From a virus: a DNA stretch of 46,471 nt. Shown in pieces: positions 7,604-15,333 of the stretch. Below the pieces are notes generated by a model. The model had not been told where the DNA came from, did not search any database, and worked only from the letters and a program-made list of their open reading frames with translations. The translations under genes were made by a program, and so were the position numbers. How positions within the stretch are numbered: the first letter of the stretch is position 1; every line of letters starts with the position of its first letter. The stretch lies in the IMG/VR virus record IMGVR_UViG_3300026522_000008; one strand, 5' to 3'.

Positions 7604-7752
7604 TGGGCTATCCTCTTTTCTACTTCTTCTAGCTTCTTTTCCTCTTCCTCGATGTCTGTGTACTGACGCAAGATCGCGATCAGCCTGCAAACCTGAGAGT
7701 GCAGGGTTGTGATGATCTCCGCCTGTTCCAGACAGAGGCTCTCATAAATCAT
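7600..7752 (-). CDS. Small 50-aa protein translationally coupled to the DGR RT
   Basis: ATG at 7752 in ATGA overlap with the RT stop (7749-7751). Sequence MIYESLCLEQAEIITTLHSQVCRLIAILRQYTDIEEEEKKLEEVEKRIAQ. Confidence 0.6.
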   Translation of the reverse strand: MIYESLCLEQAEIITTLHSQVCRLIAILRQYTDIEEEEKKLEEVEKRIAQ

Positions 7753-8852
7753 GCTGCTTCTCCTTCCTTTGGCTGCCTGGTCAGGACGAATCCTCCGAGG
7801 ACTTTGTCTCTCAAAGCGTCGCAGTCGCAATCCTCCAGGATCGCCTTGTAGCACATGTAAACCTCGCGGGCCTCTGAAATCGTGACGTCTCCGTTCCGGT
7901 AGTCGCTCTCGATCTTTACGAGGTACCGCTTCATGTGCTTCGCGCTGCTCTTTCGGATCGTCGTGTATCCAGGCCAGATCCTGTACCCGATGAACTCGAT
8001 TCCTTGCGAAACCGGACGGATGCAGGTCTTTTGGTTTAGATCAAGGTGCAGGTTCCCCTTCAGGAACGCGCGGATGCTTTCCTCCCATTCGTGCAGCTCT
8101 GCCTTGCTTTCAGAAAACGCCAGGCCGTCATCCATGTATCGGATGAATATCCGGATCCGGAGCTTCCTCTTGCAGAACTGATCGAGTTCGTTGAGGTAAA
8201 AATTCGCGAAGATCTGGCTCATCAGGTTCCCGATCGGCATCCCTACGTCGTAGAGCCGCTCCTCCATCGGGACCTCTCCGGGTTCTTTCCCTGGCGGAAG
8301 TCCGAAAGGCGTATGCTCGCAGTGAATGATGCCCGCCATCAGGTCGCAGAGCCTTGCGTCGCTGATTCTCTTCCTGAGAAGCGATTCCAGGATGTCGTGG
8401 TCGACGCGGTAAAAATATTTACTGATATCGAATTTCAGGTAGTAGAGTTTCTGGTTCTTTTGCTCTGCTCCGTCCAGCCAGTATCGGACGCGCTTCACAG
8501 CTTTTTGCGCTCCGCGCCCCGGGATGCATCCGTAGGTGTCGTCGATGTATCCCTGAACCAGCAGCGGGTGGATTTTTTGATAAATGCACCACTGAACGAT
8601 CCGGTGTTTGAAGGCGATCGACATGATCATCCTCTTCTTCGGCTCCCGAATGTAGAAGATGTGGTATTGGTCAACCGTGTACCTGCCGGAGTAGATTTCT
8701 TCCTGCAGCTCCTTCAGCTTCCGGTACGCGTCCAGGTTCCATCGCAGGACTTCCGGGTCGTAGCGTCTCCCTTTGCTCGCGTTCTTCAATGCTTCGAGCA
8801 TCGACTCCATCGAGAAGACCTCGTCAAAGGTCACCTTGATCTTGTTGCTCAT
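7749..8852 (-). CDS. DGR reverse transcriptase (367 aa from ATG 8852)
   Basis: PIGNLMSQ matches the DGR-clade (I/L)GxxxSQ motif. A YMDD catalytic box and FDISKYF (motif A-like) are also present. It lies downstream of TR. A TTG at 8942 would add 30 aa but lacks a correctly placed SD. Confidence 0.92.
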   Translation of the reverse strand: MSNKIKVTFDEVFSMESMLEALKNASKGRRYDPEVLRWNLDAYRKLKELQEEIYSGRYTVDQYHIFYIREPKKRMIMSIAFKHRIVQWCIYQKIHPLLVQGYIDDTYGCIPGRGAQKAVKRVRYWLDGAEQKNQKLYYLKFDISKYFYRVDHDILESLLRKRISDARLCDLMAGIIHCEHTPFGLPPGKEPGEVPMEERLYDVGMPIGNLMSQIFANFYLNELDQFCKRKLRIRIFIRYMDDGLAFSESKAELHEWEESIRAFLKGNLHLDLNQKTCIRPVSQGIEFIGYRIWPGYTTIRKSSAKHMKRYLVKIESDYRNGDVTISEAREVYMCYKAILEDCDCDALRDKVLGGFVLTRQPKEGEAA

Positions 8853-9111
8853 AAAAAAATAAAAAACACCGTGCGTCGCGGCTTTGTGCTCCTTCTCCCG
8901 GAGCGTACTCGCAGCTTCTTTTCCGCGGTTCACCTCCTTCAAAAATTCACGGCTGCCTCTGGTTTTGTTTGTCTCCGCCAGCGCGGCCTGCGGTACTATC
9001 GCCGCAGGTCTTTGTTTTTCGGCTTCGGTGCTTGACCGAGCCGTGGGAGCAGACTCCTTTATTCCCTATGCCGCGCGTCGTCCATGGACTTTCGCCTTCT
9101 GAATGGGAGTG
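8853..9111 (-). ncRNA. DGR spacer region between TR and RT (expected part of the DGR template/priming RNA)
   Basis: 259 nt with no credible ORF. It is GC-rich with hairpins, for example CCTGCGG-cgatagta-CCGCAGG on the minus strand (plus 8976-8997). The role is inferred by analogy with the BPP-1 Sp region. Confidence 0.5.
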
Positions 9112-9229
9112 AAGCGGAACGGAAGCCGAGGTTGTCGTTCGAGTTCGACCGCGGGTTGTTCAAGTTGACGTTGAAGACGCCCGCATTGCCGCCATTGTTC
9201 CAATTGCCACCGCAGTTCGCCACGCGCTT
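9112..9229 (-). repeat. DGR template repeat (TR)
   Basis: A 118-bp gap-free match to 9774-9891 at offset 662. It contains 27 coding-strand adenines, mostly in AAC codons (for example AAC GAC AAC). Confidence 0.93.
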
Positions 9230-9251
9230 CCCTACAGCCTGTTCCCGGTGT

Positions 9252-9695
9252 TTATTTCCTTTTCTTTAGATTTTTGTTTGCTTGTTGCTTCGGGTCTTCC
9301 GCCAGTTCCGGATAGACGTACTTGTAATAGCCGCCGATCAGCTTTCCAATCTCTTCGGATTGCCGGCTCCATTCTGCGAAATTCGAAGGCCCGCGCAGGC
9401 AGCCTGCGGTGAATGCCACCTGAATCAAATCGTGCATCGTGTGGTTTCTCATGTCGAGGTTCTTGAGCGCGCTCTTCTTTTGCCAGGAATACTGCAGCTC
9501 GTTCGCGTCGGCTACCATTTGGTGCATCAAGTTGGCCATAAAATCTCCGAGGAGTTTCTGATTTTTCACGCTCCAGCCACCTATCAGACCGAGGCCGTAA
9601 ACTTCCATATCCACGATTCTTTGTCGGATTGTGAAGTTTTGGTCTTCTTCCTCTTTTGATTCTATCGTCGGGTTCTTTTCTTCCGTCATGTACAT
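9252..9695 (-). CDS. avd: Accessory variability determinant (Avd-like four-helix-bundle protein)
   Basis: It sits between the target gene and TR. A helical protein of about 145 aa with a basic tail, ending EEIGKLIGGYYKY like the IGKMLGGWIK-type Avd motif. The start is ATG 9695 or, with better SD spacing, 9689. Confidence 0.75.
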   Translation of the reverse strand: MYMTEEKNPTIESKEEEDQNFTIRQRIVDMEVYGLGLIGGWSVKNQKLLGDFMANLMHQMVADANELQYSWQKKSALKNLDMRNHTMHDLIQVAFTAGCLRGPSNFAEWSRQSEEIGKLIGGYYKYVYPELAEDPKQQANKNLKKRK

Positions 9696-9714
9696 CTATC
9701 CTTCTCTGTCGGAT

Positions 9715-9739
9715 TGCGGCCGTGCTGCCGCAGGCCGCA
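9715..9739 (-). promoter_or_regulatory. GC-rich hairpin just 3-prime of VR (DGR target-recognition hairpin candidate)
   Basis: tgcggcc (9715-9721) and ggccgca (9733-9739) form a 7-bp stem with an 11-nt loop, about 20 nt past the target gene stop codon. Confidence 0.6.
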
Positions 9740-9759
9740 TCAGTTACTCAGTCGCCGGT

Positions 9760-10800
9760 TTACAGTTCGCAAAAAGCGGAACGGAAGCCGAGGGCGGCGC
9801 CCGAGTTCGACCGCGGGCCGCTCAAGCTGACGTTGAAGACGCCCGCACGGCCGCCATCGGACCAATTGCCACCGCAGTACGCCACGCGCTCGCCGCTCGT
9901 GTTCCAGCCGTGGTAATCGCCGCCATAATCGCCTCCGGCTTCTGCAGGGTAAAGGATCAGCTCTTTTGCGATCTCCGGTGCGGTCAGCCCGCTTGCGAGA
10001 GTCATTGCGCTGAAGCTCTCCCATCTTCCGGAATCGGTCGGGGTGACTGTCGTCGCCAGCTGGTTCGCGCTGTTCGAATACTTCAGGGTTCCGGAAGTTC
10101 CGGGCTCTACGAGGGAGCCATCTGAAGCGATAGCTTTCCAGCTTGTGCTCGCGGTTCCGAGGCTTGTTTCCTGCAGCATTGAATTGCAATAAGGGATAAT
10201 CTGGATTTCTCCGTCAACCAGACGGAGTCCTGCGTTCCACTCCCAGATGTTTCCATTCAAGTCTGCAATGCCGGCGCCGGTTCCATCATGGTTCCATGTC
10301 TCCGGTCCGGATCCGGTCGCGGTTCTTCTTTCCTTCTTTGCGGAGCTGTCGTAATAAGTGCCGACGCCATTTTCGAGCGGGTAGCTCGCGTCGGATCCGT
10401 AGTTGTTGTTGCCGTGCGGCATTGTTCCGTTTGCCCTGCAGAAAAGTGCAATTTCAGCCCAGAGGGCGAACGGGATAAGTCCCCAGCCTTTTCCTTTGGC
10501 TCTCGCGTACTGGACCGCCTGGTCGAAGTTTACGTATGTCGCCGGGTCTCTCATCGGCAGGGAGTAGCCTCTGCCTCCGTAGACGATGTCCTGGAACTTG
10601 TCGACGTACATCACGGATTTTTCAACTCCGTTTACGATGTGGCCGCTGTGGGTCTGGTCGCTTCCTCCGAAGAGTTCCTTATTGGTGTGCTTCGGAAATG
10701 CAACGACGACAGACGGGAGTCCTGCGTCATCAAGCAGGACGGTGTTCTTGCCTCCGGTCAAGGACTCGACCGCGAGCTTCATGTCATCAAAATTTGCCAT
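9760..10800 (-). CDS. DGR target: tail receptor-binding protein with C-terminal C-type-lectin/FGE-like variable domain (346 aa)
   Basis: AAAAGGAGG precedes ATG 10800. GIADLNGNIWEW and the C-terminal GGNWSDGGRAGVFNVSLSGPRSNSGAALGFRSAFCEL are typical of DGR variable proteins. VR occupies the last about 43 codons. Confidence 0.9.
   Translation of the reverse strand: MANFDDMKLAVESLTGGKNTVLLDDAGLPSVVVAFPKHTNKELFGGSDQTHSGHIVNGVEKSVMYVDKFQDIVYGGRGYSLPMRDPATYVNFDQAVQYARAKGKGWGLIPFALWAEIALFCRANGTMPHGNNNYGSDASYPLENGVGTYYDSSAKKERRTATGSGPETWNHDGTGAGIADLNGNIWEWNAGLRLVDGEIQIIPYCNSMLQETSLGTASTSWKAIASDGSLVEPGTSGTLKYSNSANQLATTVTPTDSGRWESFSAMTLASGLTAPEIAKELILYPAEAGGDYGGDYHGWNTSGERVAYCGGNWSDGGRAGVFNVSLSGPRSNSGAALGFRSAFCEL
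9774..9891 (-). repeat. DGR variable repeat (VR)
   Basis: It differs from TR at 16 positions, all TR adenines on the coding strand. The 3-prime 21 nt (9774-9794, CCTCGGCTTCCGTTCCGCTT-type GC-rich block) are identical to TR, giving an IMH-like end. Confidence 0.93.
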
Positions 10801-10817
10801 TTTCTATTTCCTCCTTT

Positions 10818-11174
10818 TCAGATCGCGAAAAGACGAACGGTGCACTTTTCGATGTCGAACGGCACGGCTGTCTTGGTTGTGATCGTTTTCTGATTCATTG
10901 CGCTCTCTTCCTGATCCGGATCATAGTTCGGGTTGTCCTTGGTCTCGAGCGTGTACTGCCTTGCAGGGATTTCAATCTGCACGACGATGTGCTGGGAGTC
11001 GGTGTCGTATCCGAGCATCAGGTTTTTGTCGCGGTCGTAGTAAATGTCAATCGTGACGTCTTCGTCGGCTTCTCTTTTCTGGAGGTTCACCGAGATGTCG
11101 TCATCGATGGTGATCGATTTCTTGGTGTGGGTGTACTCCAGGTATTCGCCTTCGTTCATGTGAACTTCAATCAT
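10818..11174 (-). CDS. Hypothetical tail-fibre-module protein (118 aa)
   Basis: ATG at 11174 with a GGAGA-type SD. Located between baseplate genes and the DGR target. Confidence 0.7.
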   Translation of the reverse strand: MIEVHMNEGEYLEYTHTKKSITIDDDISVNLQKREADEDVTIDIYYDRDKNLMLGYDTDSQHIVVQIEIPARQYTLETKDNPNYDPDQEESAMNQKTITTKTAVPFDIEKCTVRLFAI

Positions 11175-11177
11175 TTT

Positions 11178-11348
11178 TTATCTCCTTTCCATCTGTCTTC
11201 CGAGTGCTGCGGCTTCTTCGGTTCTTCGGGAGATTACCTCGACGGCTTCTTTCTGTTCCGCGGTCGCGCTCTCTCCGATTCCGAAGCAGTGAGCTGCGTA
11301 GCGCTCGGCTTCCTGTCTCTCTTCGGATTTAATAATCACGTTTGCCAT
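11178..11348 (-). CDS. Small hypothetical protein (56 aa), not in the ORF track
   Basis: ATG at 11348 overlaps the TAA of the upstream gene (TAATG). It reads MANVIIKSEERQEAERYAAHCFGIGESATAEQKEAVEVISRRTEEAAALGRQMERR and stops 3 nt before the next ATG, filling an otherwise empty 170-nt gap. Confidence 0.5.
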   Translation of the reverse strand: MANVIIKSEERQEAERYAAHCFGIGESATAEQKEAVEVISRRTEEAAALGRQMERR

Positions 11349-11857
11349 TAATATCCTCCCTGGACGTAGCAGTCCACGGTGACCGCTGTCGCGGCTCCGC
11401 TGTAGCTGATCTTGAAGGCGTTATCCACGCGGTCTGTGATTCGAATGTCTCCGACTCCGCCTCCGGTGCTGGAGATCACTTCGACCAGCACGGTGTAGTT
11501 GGTCTTGTTCCTTCTCTTTGCGAGGGTGATTGTCTTCTCCGAATTATTGAACGGGTATTTCTGCGTGTTCGTCAGATTTACGCGGATGACTTCGCCTTCG
11601 ATCGCATCGACGTGGTCCCTTGTCTGTCTCTCAAGATTTGCGACAAATTTTGAAATCTGCAGGGCTTCCCATCCGGACTGGTCCATTGCGTTCAGGTTGT
11701 CATCATCGATCGGAGTTCCTTCCTGGATCGTCTCTCCGGGCTCCGGTGTGATGATGTAGATCGTTCTGCCGCTGGAGTTCTGCTCTCCGCTGTCGACAAT
11801 CGTGAAATGATTCGGATTCTCGACGACTTCGTTCAGCCAGCTTATTAAATCTCGCAT
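11348..11857 (-). CDS. Hypothetical tail-fibre-module protein (169 aa)
   Basis: GGAGG precedes ATG 11857. No family recognised. Confidence 0.75.
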   Translation of the reverse strand: MRDLISWLNEVVENPNHFTIVDSGEQNSSGRTIYIITPEPGETIQEGTPIDDDNLNAMDQSGWEALQISKFVANLERQTRDHVDAIEGEVIRVNLTNTQKYPFNNSEKTITLAKRRNKTNYTVLVEVISSTGGGVGDIRITDRVDNAFKISYSGAATAVTVDCYVQGGY

Positions 11858-11874
11858 GCTTTATCCTCCTTTCC

Positions 11875-12189
11875 TTATTCCGCTTCCTGGACGACGTGAA
11901 TCGTGAAACGGTACAGGAATCCCTGAGCACTCTTTGTTTTTGTGAGGTTCAGGTCTGTACTTTCCGCCCAGATCCGCCCGTCCTGACCGTAGAGTCGGAT
12001 TCCGTTGATCGTGTTCGGCGCGTCTTTCCCGAACTGCACGTAGATTCCGACGCGGTCTCCGGACAGCTGCCGGATGTCCTTGATCGTCGTCTTGTTCCAG
12101 GAGCCGCCGGACAAATAGGTAGCGTAGCTCACGTCACGGGCGATGAACGCCTTGATGTTTGCTATGCCGTTTTTGATCGTCATTGCCAT
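11875..12189 (-). CDS. Hypothetical tail-fibre-module protein (104 aa)
   Basis: GGAGG precedes ATG 12189. Confidence 0.7.
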   Translation of the reverse strand: MAMTIKNGIANIKAFIARDVSYATYLSGGSWNKTTIKDIRQLSGDRVGIYVQFGKDAPNTINGIRLYGQDGRIWAESTDLNLTKTKSAQGFLYRFTIHVVQEAE

Positions 12190-12201
12190 GGCTTTTCCTC
12201 C

Positions 12202-13107
12202 TTACTGTTTCGGGCGAACATTTTCGCCCGGTTTCATTGCTGGGTGGGCACCAGAAGCCTCGGCCTTCCGGTTTGCTATGCTCACGCTGTCAAGCGCTGC
12301 AGCCGTTGAAACTGTGGGCGTAGTTCCTGCGACTGCTTTATCTGAAGGCATGAGAACTGTCCTCTCTGCCGAGACTTCTTTTGTTTTTGCTGCGATGGCG
12401 GTTCTTTCGGCCGCTCCGAATTCGGAAGTATGCGGATGTGTTCCGGCTGTTGTTATGCTTCCGGGTTCCGTAAGGTTTGCCGCTGCCGTGATGGCCTTCT
12501 TCTTCAGGATCAGGTCCTGCGTGTGCTGCTTTCCTACGGCTGCCGGGTACGGAAGGGTTCCGCACTTCGGCACATTGTATCCGTATGCGGTGTCGTCGTT
12601 CGTCTTCAGCTTCAGTGCTTTTTCGTCCTGGAATGTCAGCCCGGCGTAATGGCTCCGGACGTTCTTTATCCATTCCAGGATGTTTGTGATTTTTTCAATG
12701 TCTCCGGATTCCGCCTGACTGGAATTCAGAACGACTTCGAACGTGTCCACGTCTCCGCCGTTCTGGTACCATTCCTCAAGCTCTCCGGATCCGAATACCG
12801 TATTTATGACTTCCTGGACGGCTCCGCTTGTTCCGGCTTTCGCCCTCCAAACGAGAGCGCTTTTCACGAGCTCACGCTTCTTTTCTATCGGGAGGCTTTG
12901 CTCGTAATAGGGCGCCTTCAGCTCAAGTGCCAGATAATCGAGAATCCCTTCATCCAGTCCGTCGATGTCGTAGGAAATTCCTACTTTCGACGCTTTTAAG
13001 ATGATATCCGCCAGGCGGAGCTTAATCGCGTAGCTGATCGATAAAAACTCCGGGCTGGTTTCGTCAGGCCAGAGGTCTTTCAGCTCTCCGGTGTTTATAT
13101 CAATCAT
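12202..13107 (-). CDS. Baseplate/tail protein, P2 gpI-like (301 aa)
   Basis: It follows the gpJ-like gene with an 8-nt overlap. The N-terminal part (LALELKAPYYEQSLPIEKKRELVKSALVWRAKAGTSGAVQEV) resembles the Tail_P2_I / XkdU family. Confidence 0.65.
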   Translation of the reverse strand: MIDINTGELKDLWPDETSPEFLSISYAIKLRLADIILKASKVGISYDIDGLDEGILDYLALELKAPYYEQSLPIEKKRELVKSALVWRAKAGTSGAVQEVINTVFGSGELEEWYQNGGDVDTFEVVLNSSQAESGDIEKITNILEWIKNVRSHYAGLTFQDEKALKLKTNDDTAYGYNVPKCGTLPYPAAVGKQHTQDLILKKKAITAAANLTEPGSITTAGTHPHTSEFGAAERTAIAAKTKEVSAERTVLMPSDKAVAGTTPTVSTAAALDSVSIANRKAEASGAHPAMKPGENVRPKQ

Positions 13108-14239
13108 CTTCTACACCTCCGTAGGTCACGGTTTTCGATGCGAGGTTTGCGACTCCTGTCTCTGGTACCTTTGTAAATGCTGGAGAGGCGATTTCCACTC
13201 GCTTCGCTCCGGCTGCCGTTACTCGCTTGATCAGCTCCGATGGATTGATGTCTCTTCCGATCTTTGCGTGCTGCCATTCCACGTAGTCGCTCACCGCGGA
13301 TTCCACGGCGCTCTGAATGGTCTGCACTTGGTCGCTGTCGGAGCGATTGATGTAATACGTCAGGTTGATCGTGTAGTCTTGTGCGGTCGGCGCGGAAACG
13401 ACGACCTTGTCTGAAAGCGGCTTGATCTCCGGGTCCTCGATGTAGCTCTGGAGTCCTTTGACGTCTGCTTCCTTCGGAATTTCTCCATTTACTAAAAATG
13501 AAATATCGACCTCTCCGGGTGTTGAGCTGGTTATCAAAACGTCCGAGATGTTCTGGCTGTACGTCTCCACCCAGTACTGGTAGCTTTCTTTTGTTCCGCA
13601 GGTTGAATTCCTGGACGGCGCTATGAAGATTCTATCTCTCAGGCTTTCGTCGGATTCCGTGTCAGCTCCGCCGGCGGATTCGTCGGTGTTCGTCACGCTT
13701 GCGACGTATGGGATCGGGTCTACCAGTGAATCGATGGCTCCGGTCATGATTCCGTTGCTGTCTTCTCCGGCTTCAATGGCGGAGCATGCCACCTCGACTT
13801 CGGTGTCTCCGGCGAGGATTTCCGCGTAGGCGTTGGTTGCGAAGTAGACGGATCCGTCCGTCACTCTGGTTCCCTTCGGGATTGCCACGACTCCGCTCTG
13901 AGGCGCGGAAAGCGTGAACTTCATCGTGACGGTTGCCGTCGTGGCTGCCGTACGTGTTATTCCTTTTAGTGCCGCGAGGTTATCCAGCGCATCTCCCTCT
14001 GCGTACTTCAGAAGGTTCTCTTTGCCGGCTTTGTCGATGTAGAGGTACATCTGAAAAAGCTGGACGGCGCAGGCGTACAAAATCAGGCTGATCGGCTCGC
14101 CTCGGACGAGGCTTGTGGTCTCTCCGGTCAGTTCCAGGTATTTTTCCTGGTAATCGTGGACCATCTGTGATTCGACTTCCGGCAGCGACATGTCGTCCGT
14201 GAAGCTGATCTCCGGAAGGTTTTCTATCTCTGTTATCAT
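13100..14239 (-). CDS. Baseplate J-like protein (379 aa)
   Basis: Its size, position after the gp25/W-like gene and motifs of the Baseplate_J family are seen by eye, for example the GETTSLVRGEPISLILYA... region. Confidence 0.75.
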   Translation of the reverse strand: MITEIENLPEISFTDDMSLPEVESQMVHDYQEKYLELTGETTSLVRGEPISLILYACAVQLFQMYLYIDKAGKENLLKYAEGDALDNLAALKGITRTAATTATVTMKFTLSAPQSGVVAIPKGTRVTDGSVYFATNAYAEILAGDTEVEVACSAIEAGEDSNGIMTGAIDSLVDPIPYVASVTNTDESAGGADTESDESLRDRIFIAPSRNSTCGTKESYQYWVETYSQNISDVLITSSTPGEVDISFLVNGEIPKEADVKGLQSYIEDPEIKPLSDKVVVSAPTAQDYTINLTYYINRSDSDQVQTIQSAVESAVSDYVEWQHAKIGRDINPSELIKRVTAAGAKRVEIASPAFTKVPETGVANLASKTVTYGGVEDD

Positions 14240-14551
14240 TTATGCACCTCCTAGGTAAATCTTCAGGCCGAGCATTCCGTCGGTTCCGGTGGCTGTCGGC
14301 TCCACTTTGGTGATCTGGACCTCCGGAGCGTATTTCGCGAGCTGTTCTGCGAGGTCCACGGTGATCAGGTTGATTGCGTCGTGGCTCGGTGCGTCCAAGA
14401 ACATTCCGGGGAGTCCGAAGCTCCGGCTTCCGGGGATAGTTCCCTGCCTTGTGACGAGGAGGGCCTGCACGATCTGATCTATGGTCTGCAGTCGCTCCGG
14501 GTCGAGGACGCTATCGGTGTCGATGATTTCCTGCAATGTTAAATATGCCAT
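14240..14551 (-). CDS. Baseplate wedge protein, gpW/gp25-like (103 aa)
   Basis: A 103-aa protein with the QALLVTRQGTIPGSRSFGLP motif typical of the GPW_gp25 family, sitting upstream of the J-like gene. Confidence 0.75.
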   Translation of the reverse strand: MAYLTLQEIIDTDSVLDPERLQTIDQIVQALLVTRQGTIPGSRSFGLPGMFLDAPSHDAINLITVDLAEQLAKYAPEVQITKVEPTATGTDGMLGLKIYLGGA

Positions 14552-14563
14552 CTGCGTCCTCCT

Positions 14564-15319
14564 TTACCAGTACTCTTCGAATGTCAAGTCAAGTGTCGCC
14601 TTGACCAGCTCGCCCTTGTTGTAGATCCGGTCCCATGTTTGCGATGCTCCGGTGATCGCCCATTTATGTCCCCAGCCATATATCTTCCCTCCGAGGACGA
14701 GGTATTCCACGTCTCCGTTCCGGATCATCCTCTCAATGTTTGCGATCGAGGTCCGGGGCGCGACTCCGTGCTCCGCGGAAAGCGTCACAGTCATGGTGGT
14801 TTCTGTTCGGTCGGGACCGAGGAATTCTGAACGCGGGGCCTTGTTTAAGATTTCATGCGTCGCCCATCTGCCGTTCTGGGTTCTTTTCCAGTTCTTTGCG
14901 GGCAGAACTCTTCGGGAGCTCACCTCAAAGATCAGGCTGGTTCCGAATGAGGCGAGCTTTCCGGCGCGTTGCGCTTTTGCTCTTTCCTCCGCTTGCTGCT
15001 TTGCAAGGGCTCTCGCTTTAGCTGCAGCCGCCGCCGCGGCCTTCTTTGCCGCTTCGTTATTTGCTTTCGTGTTTGTCTTCGGTTTGCTCGCTATCTTTAC
15101 GATGGACGGCTTTGTCTCTCCGATTTTGTTCAGGTAGGAACCGTAGCTCCAGCCCCACTTTCCATTCCACTGGATGTGAACCCATCCGTTCTGCGTTTTT
15201 CCGTCTCCGGTGACGTTTCTCCCGCACGGGATCGCCGGTCCGGTTTTTCCGTATCCGGTTCCTGGGCCTTTTCTATGGTTCAGCCCGATGCGGGGAGTGA
15301 CTCTGTATGTTACGCTCAT
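14564..15319 (-). CDS. SH3-domain + P2 gpU-like tail protein (251 aa)
   Basis: The N-terminus reads YRVTPRIGLNHRKGPGTGYG...GWVHIQWNGKWGWSYGSYL (SH3_3-like). An Ala/Lys linker follows. The C-terminal half (RWATHEILNKAPRSEFLGPDRTETTMTVTL...LDLTFEEY) resembles Phage_P2_GpU. Confidence 0.65.
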   Translation of the reverse strand: MSVTYRVTPRIGLNHRKGPGTGYGKTGPAIPCGRNVTGDGKTQNGWVHIQWNGKWGWSYGSYLNKIGETKPSIVKIASKPKTNTKANNEAAKKAAAAAAAKARALAKQQAEERAKAQRAGKLASFGTSLIFEVSSRRVLPAKNWKRTQNGRWATHEILNKAPRSEFLGPDRTETTMTVTLSAEHGVAPRTSIANIERMIRNGDVEYLVLGGKIYGWGHKWAITGASQTWDRIYNKGELVKATLDLTFEEYW

Positions 15320-15333
15320 TCGTCTTCACCTCC

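Larger units (their letters stand above)
7749..10800 (-). mobile_element. Diversity-generating retroelement cassette (target/VR - avd - TR - spacer - RT)
   Basis: See the component features. The TR/VR pair has adenine-only mismatches and sits next to a DGR-type RT. Confidence 0.93.

Noticed and set aside
7749-8852. RT as a retron, group II intron or defence-associated (DRT/Abi) reverse transcriptase
   Set aside because: A TR/VR pair with adenine-only mismatches, an Avd-like gene and the IGxxxSQ motif point to a DGR. I saw no intron domain V/VI-like RNA, no maturase/endonuclease extension, and no msr/msd-like inverted repeats.
8853-8942. N-terminal extension of the RT from the TTG at 8942
   Set aside because: The AAGGAGG lies just after the TTG, inside the putative extension, not upstream of it. 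The extension (KEVNRGKEAASTLREKEHK...) has no RT-like features, and the ATG at 8852 begins the conserved-looking sequence.
8046-9035. 329-aa plus-strand ORF antisense to the RT gene
   Set aside because: There is no RBS and it is antisense to a gene with clear catalytic motifs. Its composition is typical of shadow ORFs.
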